NCBI GenBank assembly: GCA_050012755.1
Contig: JBEKGO010000002.1
Span: forward strand, 1 to 64,000
DNA length: 64,000 bases
DNA from: Candidatus Bathyarchaeia archaeon
Lineage (GTDB): Archaea; Thermoproteota; Bathyarchaeia; Bathyarchaeales; Bathycorpusculaceae
Direction of reading: 5' to 3'
The position numbers and the translations under genes were made by a program. Shown in pieces: positions 30,994 to 41,720 of this stretch. Under the pieces are notes generated by a model that saw only the letters and a program-made list of their open reading frames with translations, ran no database searches and had not been told where the DNA came from. Positions within the stretch are counted from its first letter, which is position 1. Every line of letters starts with the position of its first letter.

Positions 30994-32103
30994 ATGGCTG
31001 AAAAACGAGATTACTATGAAATTCTTGGCGTTCAACGTGGCGCTTCAAAGGATGAAATCAAAGATGCTTACAGAAAACTGGCGATGGAGTTTCACCCTGA
31101 TCGAAACAAGGATGCTGGAGCGGAAGAAAGATTCAAGGAAATCAGCGAAGCCTACGCCGTTCTCAGCGACGACCAAAAAAGGCAAACATACGATCAGTTG
31201 GGCCATTCAGGTTTTGACCAAAGATATAAACAAGAAGACATTTTCAGAGGCGCCGACTTTGACTCTGTCTTTAGAGATATGGGTTTCAACGATATTTTCC
31301 GCACTTTCTTCGGCGGAGGCTTCGGCGCTGAAAGAAGCAGCAGAGGCCAAGATTTAGCTTATGACATAGAAATAACTTTGGAAGAAGCCGCTAGAGGAGC
31401 TGATAAAGAAATTGAAATTCCCAGAACTGAGCGCTGTGATGTATGCGGCGGCTCAGGCGCAGCTCCGGGGACAACTGCTAAGGTTTGTCCAAGATGTGGT
31501 GGTGCTGGACAAGTTCAGGTTCAGCACAGAAGTAGTTTTGGCGTATTTGTGCAGGTAACGGTTTGTCCACAATGTAAGGGGAAAGGCAGGATAATAGAGA
31601 CTCCATGTTATAATTGCCATGGCTCAGGTTTAGTTAAGAAACGCAGAAAAATCACGGTGCATATTCCCGCAGGCATAGATGAAGGCTATCAGCTACGGCT
31701 CCGGGGAGAAGGGGAAATGACAGAAAGAAATGGCGAACCTGGCGATCTCTATGTGGTCGTGCATGTTAAGCCTAATCAACAATTCATCAGGGAAGCAGAG
31801 GATCTCTGGTACGTAGCTATGATCACTTATCCTCAAGCTGCACTTGGCGCTGAAATAACCGTGCCTACGCTTGAGGGACCTTCAACTGTTAAAATTCATC
31901 CGGGAACACAAGTTGGCGAAGTTATAACGCTGCGAGGAAAAGGCATGCCCCGTTTCAGAGCGTATGGCAGAGGCAACTTACTTGTACGCATAGGAATTGC
32001 GGTTCCAGAAAAACTCACATCACAACAACGATTAGTTTTGGAGCAATTCGCGAAAGAATTAGGCACAGATGTGCAAACGAAAAGCCACAAATTCCGGCTC
32101 TAA
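30994..32103 (+). CDS. dnaJ: Chaperone DnaJ
   Basis: J-domain HPD; four CxxCxGxG repeats. Confidence 0.97.
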   Translation: MAEKRDYYEILGVQRGASKDEIKDAYRKLAMEFHPDRNKDAGAEERFKEISEAYAVLSDDQKRQTYDQLGHSGFDQRYKQEDIFRGADFDSVFRDMGFNDIFRTFFGGGFGAERSSRGQDLAYDIEITLEEAARGADKEIEIPRTERCDVCGGSGAAPGTTAKVCPRCGGAGQVQVQHRSSFGVFVQVTVCPQCKGKGRIIETPCYNCHGSGLVKKRRKITVHIPAGIDEGYQLRLRGEGEMTERNGEPGDLYVVVHVKPNQQFIREAEDLWYVAMITYPQAALGAEITVPTLEGPSTVKIHPGTQVGEVITLRGKGMPRFRAYGRGNLLVRIGIAVPEKLTSQQRLVLEQFAKELGTDVQTKSHKFRL

Positions 32104-32160
32104 ACATTTCTAAAATCTTTTTATCGCGTCCTGAGCTTACTATCAGAAACCTGAAAGTAG

Positions 32161-32308
32161 CCTTTTCAAACCTTTTTTGTACTTTTTGGACCTTTTTGGT
32201 ACGTTTCAAACCTTTCCTAACCTTTTCCAACCTTTTTGGTACGCAGCCTGCAAAGAATTCAAATCTTGAACTGAAAAAGCAACCCAAAACACAAAGAAAA
32301 AAATTTGC
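32161..32308 (-). repeat. Dispersed cassette copy 2: eight 10-bp repeats (32161..32240) plus 66-bp core (32243..32308)
   Basis: CCTTTTCAAA/CCTTTTTTGT/ACTTTTTGGA/CCTTTTTGGT..., then GCAGCCTGCAAAG...CAAAACACAAAGAAAAAAATTTGC. Confidence 0.88.
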
Positions 32309-32398
32309 CAGAAAAACTGCAAAAAAAGCTTAGATTAACTTGAAGATATTAAATAAAATAAAAAGAAAAAAAGATTTTCTGGGGAAAGCAAGGAAAAG

Positions 32399-34360
32399 TT
32401 ATTTACTGCCTAGTTGTTTGCGCAGTTCGCTGTAGGTTGCTTTTATGTCTTCGATTGAGCCTTCGTCTTCGATTGTTGATGTGTCGCCTAGTGGTGCACC
32501 GGTTAAGACTGCTTTGAGGAGTCTGCGCATGATTTTACCGCTTCGTGTTTTTGGCAGCTTGTTAACTATGATGACGGCGTCTGGAGTTGCGATTGGACCA
32601 ATGGTTGTTCTAACGTGTTTTATGAGTTCAGCGCGTAATTCGTCGGATGCTATGAAGCCGCTTCTTAGGACTACGAATGCCACTGGAACTTCGCCTTTGA
32701 CTGCGTCTTCTTTGCCCATGACTGCTGCTTCTGAGACAGCTGGATGAGAAACCAATGCGCTTTCAAGTTCAACTGTGCCGATTCTGTGTCCTGCTACTTT
32801 GAGAACTTCGTCGGATCTGCCGAGAAGCCAGAAGTAACCATCAGGGTCACGCACTGCGTAGTCGCCTGAGAAGTATATTCCGGGCCATCTGCCATAGTAT
32901 GTTTGTTTGAAACGGTCTGGGTCTTTCCATATTTGCTGAAGCATGCCTGGCCATGGTGACTTGATTACAAGTACTCCTTTGTTTCCGGGTTGCACTGGCT
33001 GTCCTTTCTCGTCATAGATGTCTGCGTTGACTGAGGGCAGGGGGAGTGTTGCGCTGCCTGGTTTTAGGGGTGTTAGTTCTATGCCTGAGGCTGGAGAAAT
33101 CATGAAGCCGCCTGTTTCTGTTTGCCACCAGGTGTCGATTATCGGTAGTCTTTCTTTGCCTATGACGCGATAATACCATTTCCAAGCTTCTGGGTTTATT
33201 GGTTCACCTACTGAGCCAAGGATACGTAATGAGCTGAGGTCATGTTTGTTCACCAGGTCTTCGCCGAATTTCATGAACATACGCACAGCAGTTGGTGTAC
33301 CGTAAAGGATAGTTATGCCATGGGTTTCAATCATTTGCCACCAGCGGTCTTGGCCTGGGTAGTCAGGTGTGCCTTCGAATAGGAATGCTGTGATTCCGCT
33401 GCTTAATGGTGCATATACGTTGTATGTGTGTCCTGTGATCCAGCCAATGTCTGCAACGCACCAGTAAATGTCTTCGTCAGTTGGGTTAAAAGCCCATTTA
33501 AGTGTCCAGTACGCCCAAACAAGGTATCCGCCTATTCCATGCTGAACACCTTTTGGTTTACCAGTAGTTCCTGAAGTGTAAAGAATGAATAGTGGGTCGG
33601 TTGATTTCATGCTTTCTGGTTCTACATAGACGTTTGCGCCTGCATTTGCAAGTGCATCGTGATACCATATATCTCTGCCTTCTTTCATCTGAACTGGTTG
33701 GCCTGTTCGTTTAACAACTACGATTTTTTCGATGTTTGGCATGAGTGGTGTTGCACGGTCCGCGTTGTCTTTGATTCCTACTGGTTTTCCTCTTCGGAAA
33801 GAGCCGTCTGCTGTAACCAGGATTTTCGCTCCGCAATCGTTTACTCTGTCTGCTAATGCTTCAGCGCTAAATCCTGAAAAGACTACTGTGTGAACTCCAC
33901 CAATTCTTGTTGTGGCAAGCAAAGTTATTGGTAATTCTGGAATAACAGGTAGGAAAACTGCGACGCGGTCGCCTTTTTTGACACCTAAGTCTTTCAGTGC
34001 TTTGGCAAATTTGTTTACTTCTCTATAAAGTTGATAATATGTGTAAGTTTTGACTTCACCCATCTCGCCTTCCCAAATGTAAGCAAGCTTGTTTTTACGG
34101 TTAGTCTTCACATGCCTGTCTAAAGCGTTGTAGCAAATGTTTAGTTCTCCGTCAGGGAACCACTTGTAAAATGGCGGGTTTGAATCGTCCAGCGCTTTGC
34201 TGAATGGCTTGAACCAGTCGATTGCTTTTGCTTTTTCTGCCCAGTATTCTTGTGGATTCTTTAGTGATTTTTCCCATTCTTGTTTGCGTTTTTCTCCGTT
34301 AGAAATTTTTGCTATACTTGGACTATACTTTTCGTTGAAAGGTAAACTAGCTTCTGTCAT
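32399..34360 (-). CDS. acs: AMP-forming acetyl-CoA synthetase
   Basis: ILYTSGTTGKPKG, VGEPINPEAW, DTWWQTETGG, LPKTRSGKIMRR. Confidence 0.96.
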   Translation of the reverse strand: MTEASLPFNEKYSPSIAKISNGEKRKQEWEKSLKNPQEYWAEKAKAIDWFKPFSKALDDSNPPFYKWFPDGELNICYNALDRHVKTNRKNKLAYIWEGEMGEVKTYTYYQLYREVNKFAKALKDLGVKKGDRVAVFLPVIPELPITLLATTRIGGVHTVVFSGFSAEALADRVNDCGAKILVTADGSFRRGKPVGIKDNADRATPLMPNIEKIVVVKRTGQPVQMKEGRDIWYHDALANAGANVYVEPESMKSTDPLFILYTSGTTGKPKGVQHGIGGYLVWAYWTLKWAFNPTDEDIYWCVADIGWITGHTYNVYAPLSSGITAFLFEGTPDYPGQDRWWQMIETHGITILYGTPTAVRMFMKFGEDLVNKHDLSSLRILGSVGEPINPEAWKWYYRVIGKERLPIIDTWWQTETGGFMISPASGIELTPLKPGSATLPLPSVNADIYDEKGQPVQPGNKGVLVIKSPWPGMLQQIWKDPDRFKQTYYGRWPGIYFSGDYAVRDPDGYFWLLGRSDEVLKVAGHRIGTVELESALVSHPAVSEAAVMGKEDAVKGEVPVAFVVLRSGFIASDELRAELIKHVRTTIGPIATPDAVIIVNKLPKTRSGKIMRRLLKAVLTGAPLGDTSTIEDEGSIEDIKATYSELRKQLGSK

Positions 34361-34452
34361 TTAGATCATCCTAAATTGCTGGGAATGGTAAGATCTTAAG
34401 AATATAAGTTTTTCACTTGGTTATTAGAAAATAAAAAAAGAAATTGTTGTTT

Positions 34453-35067
34453 TTAGCTTGTTGGGTAAATTGGCAAGATAGTTTTATGGTGAGATTCATT
34501 TAAGACTTCAGCTAATCCGAGATATACCGCGCTTAAGCCGCATATGACGCCTTCGATGCCTACGAATGTATTGAACGTTATTGATCCAGACAGTACGGGG
34601 TTGTTAGTTAATTCTCTTATTGCAAGCATAAAGAACAGTACAAATAAGCTACCGAACACGAATTGCAAAGCTCGATTAGCCTTCAAAGTGCCAAAGAACA
34701 TGCCGAAGGTAAAGATTCCCCACATTATGAAGTAAGCTGCCAAAGATGACGAAGACGGTGCAAAACCAGCGAATTCAGGAAACTTCGGTAAAAGCAGAAT
34801 CATAACAAGACTCCACCAGAACAAGCCATAAGAAAGGAAAGCCACAGTACCGAAAGTGTTGCCTTTTCTGAACTCCATTGCGCCAACGATAATTTGTGCT
34901 ATTCCTCCGTAAGCAATGCCCATTGCTAAAACTACAGTATCCAACGGAATAACGCCTGCATTAACCAAGTTAAGAAGCACAGTAGTCATGCCAAAGCCGA
35001 GAAGCCCGAGAGGTGCGGGATTTGCCAATTTTGTTAATAGATTATCGCTCATTTTTTGTTTCTCCAA
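34453..35067 (-). CDS. Acetate uptake transporter (SatP/YaaH, GPR1/FUN34 family)
   Basis: [16 protein letters not shown] signature; GNTFG..AFLSYG.FW. Confidence 0.92.
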   Translation of the reverse strand: MEKQKMSDNLLTKLANPAPLGLLGFGMTTVLLNLVNAGVIPLDTVVLAMGIAYGGIAQIIVGAMEFRKGNTFGTVAFLSYGLFWWSLVMILLLPKFPEFAGFAPSSSSLAAYFIMWGIFTFGMFFGTLKANRALQFVFGSLFVLFFMLAIRELTNNPVLSGSITFNTFVGIEGVICGLSAVYLGLAEVLNESHHKTILPIYPTS

Positions 35068-35227
35068 ATGCTATCATTTTACCACTTCAATCATCATCTT
35101 TCATTTTAAAGCTTTACGGTGCTTTGACACGTTGATTTAGTGTTTACAAGATAGTTTTAGTAGTAAAGTTTATTGTAACGAACAAATTATATAGAATTCA
35201 CACTTTCTGAAAGGTGATATGATTTTA

Positions 35228-35929
35228 ATGAAGTTCGAAACACGAATCATTGAAATTATACCTCGAACGTCCGATGTAACTAGCTACAGATTCCCTAGAC
35301 CCATAGAATTTACCTACAAACCAGGCCAAAATTTCATGATAACAATAAAACAAGAAAGCAAAGAGCTGACGCACCATTTCAGCTTTAGCAGCAGCCCAAC
35401 AGAAAAGGAACATTTTGAATTTACCAAAAAGTTAACTGACCATGAGTACTCGTTGACTCTAAAGTCGGCAAAGATTGGCGACTGGGCTTTAATAGATGCA
35501 CCATATGGACAATTCACTTTTGATGGAGAATACCCAAAAATTGCTTTGCTTGCAGGAGGCATAGGAATAACGCCGTTCATCAGCATAATCAAAAATGCAG
35601 CAGACAAACGTTTAGACGCGAAAATAACCCTTCTTTACGGTTGTCGCACTGAAAATGACATCGCATTCAAAAAAGAACTTGAAAACATGCAAAATGAAAA
35701 TAAAAACTTAAAAATGGTTTGCATAGTAAACCAGCCTTCAAACCAATGGACAGGGGAAACTGGCATAATCACGACCGACATGATTAAGAAAGCGTTACCC
35801 GACTACAAAGAAAACATATTTTACACCTGCGGACCACCGCCCATGGTAAAAGCGATGGAAGCAATTATCGAAAGCCTAGGTTTGCCTAAAAACCAGATGA
35901 AACAAGAGTATTTTACAGGTTACCCATAA
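35228..35929 (+). CDS. FAD/NAD(P)-binding oxidoreductase (ferredoxin-NADP reductase family)
   Basis: YKPGQ, HHFSFSSSP, PYGQF, LAGGIGITP, YTCGPPPMV. Confidence 0.9.
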   Translation: MKFETRIIEIIPRTSDVTSYRFPRPIEFTYKPGQNFMITIKQESKELTHHFSFSSSPTEKEHFEFTKKLTDHEYSLTLKSAKIGDWALIDAPYGQFTFDGEYPKIALLAGGIGITPFISIIKNAADKRLDAKITLLYGCRTENDIAFKKELENMQNENKNLKMVCIVNQPSNQWTGETGIITTDMIKKALPDYKENIFYTCGPPPMVKAMEAIIESLGLPKNQMKQEYFTGYP

Positions 35930-36069
35930 AAACAAAAGGAAAAAGATAATAAAAAAGGTTAATGAACCGAATATTTCCTCTGCAAGAGAAAAGTGTAATC
36001 ATTATTAGAGAAAATCGCCTGTAAAAAAAGGACCTATTCTAAAGGTCATATGTTAAAAGAAAAATTGTG

Positions 36070-37353
36070 TCATGGGTAAAACCTGCGAGTTGTTCTCGGG
36101 AAGGGTATTGCATCGATTATGTTGTCTAGATCAAGCATCCATGTTAAAAGGCGTTCAACCCCCATTCCGAAACCAACATGCGGCACAGTTCCATAGCGTC
36201 TTAGGTCAAGATACCACTCGTATTCTTCAGGTTTCAAACCCTGCGCTTTCATACGCTCGATAAGTAGGTCTTTGTTTTCTTCTCTTGAACCGCCTGTGCT
36301 GATCTCGCCGATTCGTGGAACCATCATGTCCACTGACATTGCAATTTCAGGATGTTCTTTGTAAGTCTTGCAGTAAAACGCTTTAATCGCTGTTGGATAA
36401 TCATAAACGAAGAATGGTTTACCGAAATCTTCAGCTAAAACCTTCTCATCTTCATAGCCTAAATCAGCACCCCAGCTCAAAGTGGGATTTTTCGCTTTAA
36501 GCCTGTCAATTGCTTCAGCGTAAGTTATGCGGGGAAATGGCGGCTGCACTGCTTTGAGCTTGTTTATGTCAGCGCCTAACTCTGCGAAATCCTTTTGGCA
36601 TTTTCCACCGATGGTTTGGCAAACATGGGTCATTAAGCCTTCTTCAAACTTCATTAAATCATCCATTTCAGCAAATGGCCATTCGCCTTCCATGTGCCAA
36701 TACTCAGTTAAATGCCTGATTGTTCTGCTTTTTTCCGCACGGAACGATGGAGCAATGCAGTAAACGTTTTCCAATGAGTAAATGAGAATTTCAAGGTAAA
36801 GCTGAGAGCTCTGTGTTAGGTATAGGTCTTGGTCGAAATATTTTAGACCGAAAAGTGTTGAGCCACCTTCGACTGCCGCTGAAATGAACATTGGTGGCGA
36901 AACCTCAGTGAAATTCTGCTGTTTGAAGTATTGGCGTGATACTTCTAAAACGTCGCCGCGAACTTTCATCATTAAATTCATTTTTCGGCTTCGGAGCCAT
37001 AGGTGACGCATGTCACGGATGAATTCTTCGCTTTTATCTTTTGCGATTGGGAATGTTTCTGCTAAACCGATAATTGTGATGTTTTCTGCGCTGATTTCAT
37101 ATCCGCCTGGAGCGCGTTTGTCTTCTTTTGCGGTACCCTCAAGGGTCAGCGAAGATTCAATTGTTAACCGTTGCGCTTCACTCCAACCGAGGCTGGTTTT
37201 CTTTACTGTACATTGGATTACCCCTGTTGAATCGCGGATTAATAGGAAAATGAGTTCTTTTCCTTCACGTTTGCGGTAAACCCAGCCGCGGACTGTTACT
37301 TTCTGGTCTTGGCAGCATCCTTCTAACACTTCGCTTATTTTTACTATAGCCAT
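36070..37353 (-). CDS. asnS: Asparagine--tRNA ligase
   Basis: YLTQSSQLYLE, FRAEKSRT.RHLTEYWHME, YGTVPHVGFGMGVERL. Confidence 0.85.
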   Translation of the reverse strand: MAIVKISEVLEGCCQDQKVTVRGWVYRKREGKELIFLLIRDSTGVIQCTVKKTSLGWSEAQRLTIESSLTLEGTAKEDKRAPGGYEISAENITIIGLAETFPIAKDKSEEFIRDMRHLWLRSRKMNLMMKVRGDVLEVSRQYFKQQNFTEVSPPMFISAAVEGGSTLFGLKYFDQDLYLTQSSQLYLEILIYSLENVYCIAPSFRAEKSRTIRHLTEYWHMEGEWPFAEMDDLMKFEEGLMTHVCQTIGGKCQKDFAELGADINKLKAVQPPFPRITYAEAIDRLKAKNPTLSWGADLGYEDEKVLAEDFGKPFFVYDYPTAIKAFYCKTYKEHPEIAMSVDMMVPRIGEISTGGSREENKDLLIERMKAQGLKPEEYEWYLDLRRYGTVPHVGFGMGVERLLTWMLDLDNIIDAIPFPRTTRRFYP

Positions 37354-37645
37354 CGAGCATCAACCATTTCCAATTAATACTTATTTTCAAACCTAAATGC
37401 CTATCGTTTCAAGTTATTCTTCACAATTTAGAAAATGATTAATGAAAAAACGGTGAAGTTTGGGTTTTACAGAAAAAAAATATTAAGCATGATTTTTCAG
37501 CCTGTGGTGTACGTGTGGCTACTATAGGCACTTCTGTGTACTTGCTTGTACTTTGAAGCACCTCTGTTTACGCGGTCTCCAAACAAGTCAGCTTAGACTC
37601 AGAAAACCAACTTAAAGCAAGCTGAAAAAAATGCTGTCCAAAACT

Positions 37646-37745
37646 GACCTTTTTAGACCTTTCCGAACCTTTTTAAACCGCAACCTGCAAAAGATTTAAG
37701 CTTAAAAGCAAAAAAGCAAACCAAAACACAAAGAACAAAATTTGC
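37646..37745 (-). repeat. Dispersed cassette copy 3: three 10-bp repeats plus 66-bp core (37680..37745)
   Basis: GACCTTTTTA/GACCTTTCCG/AACCTTTTTA, then GCAACCTGCAAAAGATTTAAGCTT...CAAAACACAAAGAACAAAATTTGC. Confidence 0.88.
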
Positions 37746-37882
37746 GCAAAAATCCGTCAATAATAGCGAAAACAACAAGATAATTGAGAAACAAGAAAGC
37801 AACATTTCTGCACATCGATGATTGTTAATTTGCCCCGCAATTCTTAAATCGCCCTTGCTATGAGCATAGTTTGATTAAAATA

Positions 37883-39253
37883 ATGCAAGGCTCTCCCGAA
37901 TCAAACTACAAACTTAAAGCATTGAAAATTTCAGCGGTTGCAATCTTTAGCGTTGTTATTGTTGAAGTTTCAGTAGGTTTAACCGTTAACAGTCTAGCTA
38001 TTTTGAGCGACGGTTTACACGCTTTACTTGATGCTGTGTCAACTATTATGTTGTTTTTTGCGGTTCGCGCTTCAATCAAACCCCCTGACGAAGAACACAC
38101 TTACGGACATGAAAAGTTTGAAACGATAGGTGGACTCATCGGTGGCATAGTGTTAATTGCAGTTGCATTCTTAATTTTTTATGAAGCTGCCCTTAGACTA
38201 ATACATATAACGCCTATTGCTCAAAGCGTAGAGTTTGCAGGCTTCATCGCAATCGCTTACGCTCTTTTCATAGCTTCTTTAAGGGTAACGGTTTTCAGGA
38301 AAACAGCACATATTGAGAGCCCTTCAATGAGAGTTGGTCTTTACGACGCCATTTCCGATTTAAGCTCGACCTTGATTGCGCTATTGGGGTTTGGCTTGGC
38401 CACTTTAGGCTTTTTATACGGAGATGCCATAGCTTCAATCTTCCTTGGAGTTATGCTTAGTTATTTGAGCGTTAAACTTGTCAGATTCAGCGTAATGGAA
38501 CTCAGTGACACCGCTTCAAAAGAGCTTGTTCAGAAAACAAGAAAAGTAATTCTTTCACATCAAGAAGTTGTGAAAACCGAGAATCTAAAAGTCCGAAAAG
38601 TAAGCTCTAAAGTTTTCATTGAGGCCTCAGTGCAGGTTTCAAGTCATATGAGCTTGGAAGAAGCACACTCTTTGGCATCCAAAATTGAAGATGACCTAAA
38701 ACAAACATTCGGAAACGTAGATGCAACCACTCATATTGAACCATCTGAAAAAGATGCAACAATGGATCTGTTAGTGCAGAACCTTGCTATGGTAGATGGG
38801 GTAAAAGAGGTACATGAAATCTCCACTATTTACACTGGCGGCAAATTCTACATAACCTTGCATGCTTATGTTAACCCTGAACTGTCCGTCGCAGAAGCAC
38901 ATAAAATCGCTGAGATCATAGAACAAAGAATGCATTCTGAAATTAAACCACTTGAAAATGTGACGGTTCATGTTGAGCCCTCAAACATAGCGGGTCCATC
39001 CATCGTTGTAGATGAAGTTCAACTCAAAAATCTTGTCGACGAAATTACTAAAGGTATAGCGGCTCATATACATATAAGGAAAATAGTAACCTACGCCGCT
39101 GAAGGAAAACGATATATTAACATCGACTGCTGCTTCACCGAGCAAATCCAAATAAAAGAAGCACACAAAATCGCATCACAAATTGAAAAAGAAACCAAAG
39201 AACGCTTTGCAAACGCAGTTGTAACTGTTCATATTGAACCTGAATGCGCGTAA
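37883..39253 (+). CDS. Cation diffusion facilitator with three tandem C-terminal dimerisation domains
   Basis: SDGLHALLD, PPDEEHTYGHEKFE; three AH..A..IE...H(I/V)EP modules. Confidence 0.9.
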   Translation: MQGSPESNYKLKALKISAVAIFSVVIVEVSVGLTVNSLAILSDGLHALLDAVSTIMLFFAVRASIKPPDEEHTYGHEKFETIGGLIGGIVLIAVAFLIFYEAALRLIHITPIAQSVEFAGFIAIAYALFIASLRVTVFRKTAHIESPSMRVGLYDAISDLSSTLIALLGFGLATLGFLYGDAIASIFLGVMLSYLSVKLVRFSVMELSDTASKELVQKTRKVILSHQEVVKTENLKVRKVSSKVFIEASVQVSSHMSLEEAHSLASKIEDDLKQTFGNVDATTHIEPSEKDATMDLLVQNLAMVDGVKEVHEISTIYTGGKFYITLHAYVNPELSVAEAHKIAEIIEQRMHSEIKPLENVTVHVEPSNIAGPSIVVDEVQLKNLVDEITKGIAAHIHIRKIVTYAAEGKRYINIDCCFTEQIQIKEAHKIASQIEKETKERFANAVVTVHIEPECA

Positions 39254-39370
39254 ATCTATAATGAAATAATGACAAAAGGAATTGTGAACAAACTTTCTGA
39301 AATAAATGGGGGTAATACTTTAATTATCATGAAATACAGATATTGTAACAGTCTGAAAGTGAAGAGAATT

Positions 39371-41605
39371 ATGCTATCTCGCTCAGCGGTAGTAAAGCTA
39401 AAAGCAATTTTCGTAATTGATCTAATTATTGTTGGCGCTGCAGCTGGAGCCTTCTTTTATCTTCAAAATGAAGGTATGATAGCACATGGGATCAAACCAG
39501 CCAAGTTTACACTGCAAGACCTAACTATCAGCCCTTCGGGAGCAAATGTCGGTGATTCCGTTCAAATTTCAGTTAATGTCACAAATGTTGGCGACTTAGG
39601 AGGCAACGACACAGTTAATTTTGAAATAAATGGCACCATTAAAGATGTTGAAAATCTAACTTTGGCAGCGGGCGACTCTGAAATAGTTTTGTTTAACGAT
39701 GTCGAAACAAAAGAAGGAAGCTACACTGTTGCAGTCGGTGCTCTGACGGGAAACTTTACAATTAACCCAGCACCGCCTGAATCAAGTAAAATCATCATAT
39801 CAAATTTGGTGGCAGATCCATATGAGGTTTGGACCAATGATACAGTTACCTTAGCGGTAAACGCACAAAATCCTAGTACAGAAGACGATAAACTCAGAGT
39901 TACAGTGACAGTTGATGATATAGTTGTGGAAACTTCTACAATTAAATTAGCGGCTGGAGCAGCCCAAAGTATTGCGTTCAATGTTACGGCGACAACTGAA
40001 GGAACACATAAGGTTAAGGTAAACACGTTGTCTGGTTCTTTCAAAGTCGTTGCGACTGGTTACCACACGATTGAAGTTACTAGATCAGGCGGCGGTAGCA
40101 CAGCCTTGCCCTTTACGTTTGACGGACAAGCAGAAACCATGCCATATTTTGCGCTTCTTCCAGTAGGAGAACACTCCATATCTGTTCCATCGCCTTTTAA
40201 CGTTGGGACTGGCGTATTGGCATTTTCAAGTTGGAACGACGGAGTTAATAGCGCTTCAAGAACGATCGATTTGGAAGAATGGACTATATTGGTTGCTACA
40301 TACACTGTAATTAGTGGATATGCATCATGCCCATCGCTATATACTTGGAATGGAACGGGCTACTCTTACGTTACTGATGTGGCAAACTCAGGATGGCTTG
40401 GCTATCTAGGAACGATAAGTAACATAGGCACAATTACATTCACCGGAGGAAATCCGTGGGATTATGTAAAACTTGACAAAAGCCAACTAGCAACAAAAAT
40501 TGTTAATGGAAACAGCTACTTCGACATGGTTCTTTCTCAAGAATGGGATGAACTTTTCTATTTAGACTCAGCAACCTTGGTGGCTGTTGACCACCCAGTA
40601 GGCACAGACGCTTACACAACCATGACCAATTATCTAAACAAAGGTTCAACAGGACAGATTTACACAGTAAACTCAAGTAACCTCTTGTCACCCATTGCAG
40701 CAACCGATGGAAATGGAAAAAACGTTCTTCCCGACATCTTGAAACAAGATGGAGTTTTCATTCCTGCCACATATGGAGACCAAAGTTCAGCGTGGAACAA
40801 CATAACAATGAACCAGCTAACAGTTGATCTTGGTAATCTATCTTCGGCTCAACAAATAAAACTCGTATTTACTGCAATTGTGGATTGGGGACCATATCAA
40901 TCCTATTACAACTGGATAAACCAATTCAAGAATGCAGCTGCTCAGGGACTAGTACCAAACGGCACAGTACTTACACCTGATTCATACATGGAAATAAAAG
41001 CTGCAAATGGCACCTGGGTACGCGTTCCACAAGACAGACAGATACCAATACCTTCAGATTCCAACCCTAGAACTTTTGTCGTAGATTTAACAGGACTTTT
41101 CCCACAAGGCATAAATGACTATCAAATACGAATAAGCAACTTCTGGAACGTAACCTACGACTACATAGGAATAGACACAAGTAATCAACAAAATATTACA
41201 GTCCAAAAAATCAGTCCTATTGCAACTCTCAGCCAATTCTGCAGCACAAATTCCACTTCTTCTGGAAACTTCACAAGGTACGGTGATGTAACAGCGTTAG
41301 TTCAAAATGTAGATGATATGTTTGTAATTGGAAGACAAGGTGACCAAGTTGAGCTTGAATTCCCAACGGGCAACCTTTCGGCGCCTGCACCAGGTATGGT
41401 GAGAGATTATTTCCTATTCATATCCTGTTGGTTTAAAGACCCGCCGGGAGAATGGGGATACGGGTTTAATTTTACAGTTAACCCGATGCCGTTTATGGCT
41501 ATGAGTGGATTTCCGTATCCAGCAAGCGAGAGTTACCCCTATGACGCATCACACTTAGCTTACCTCGAACAATTTAATACAAGGGTAATACCGCCTTCAA
41601 ACTAG
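39371..41605 (+). CDS. Membrane-anchored extracellular protein with CARDB/Ig-like domains and a large C-terminal domain
   Basis: N-terminal TM; ISVNVTNVGDLGG CARDB-like repeats; GYASCPSLYTWNG motif. Confidence 0.75.
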   Translation: MLSRSAVVKLKAIFVIDLIIVGAAAGAFFYLQNEGMIAHGIKPAKFTLQDLTISPSGANVGDSVQISVNVTNVGDLGGNDTVNFEINGTIKDVENLTLAAGDSEIVLFNDVETKEGSYTVAVGALTGNFTINPAPPESSKIIISNLVADPYEVWTNDTVTLAVNAQNPSTEDDKLRVTVTVDDIVVETSTIKLAAGAAQSIAFNVTATTEGTHKVKVNTLSGSFKVVATGYHTIEVTRSGGGSTALPFTFDGQAETMPYFALLPVGEHSISVPSPFNVGTGVLAFSSWNDGVNSASRTIDLEEWTILVATYTVISGYASCPSLYTWNGTGYSYVTDVANSGWLGYLGTISNIGTITFTGGNPWDYVKLDKSQLATKIVNGNSYFDMVLSQEWDELFYLDSATLVAVDHPVGTDAYTTMTNYLNKGSTGQIYTVNSSNLLSPIAATDGNGKNVLPDILKQDGVFIPATYGDQSSAWNNITMNQLTVDLGNLSSAQQIKLVFTAIVDWGPYQSYYNWINQFKNAAAQGLVPNGTVLTPDSYMEIKAANGTWVRVPQDRQIPIPSDSNPRTFVVDLTGLFPQGINDYQIRISNFWNVTYDYIGIDTSNQQNITVQKISPIATLSQFCSTNSTSSGNFTRYGDVTALVQNVDDMFVIGRQGDQVELEFPTGNLSAPAPGMVRDYFLFISCWFKDPPGEWGYGFNFTVNPMPFMAMSGFPYPASESYPYDASHLAYLEQFNTRVIPPSN

Positions 41606-41720
41606 CATTTCCCAGAAAAACAGCTCACAACGACAAAAAAGGCAACATGTAAATCATGTCTAAACCTTTAAATGGTTATTTTCTTATTTTGCTTAATAAA
41701 AACTTTGCAAGAGCACAATT

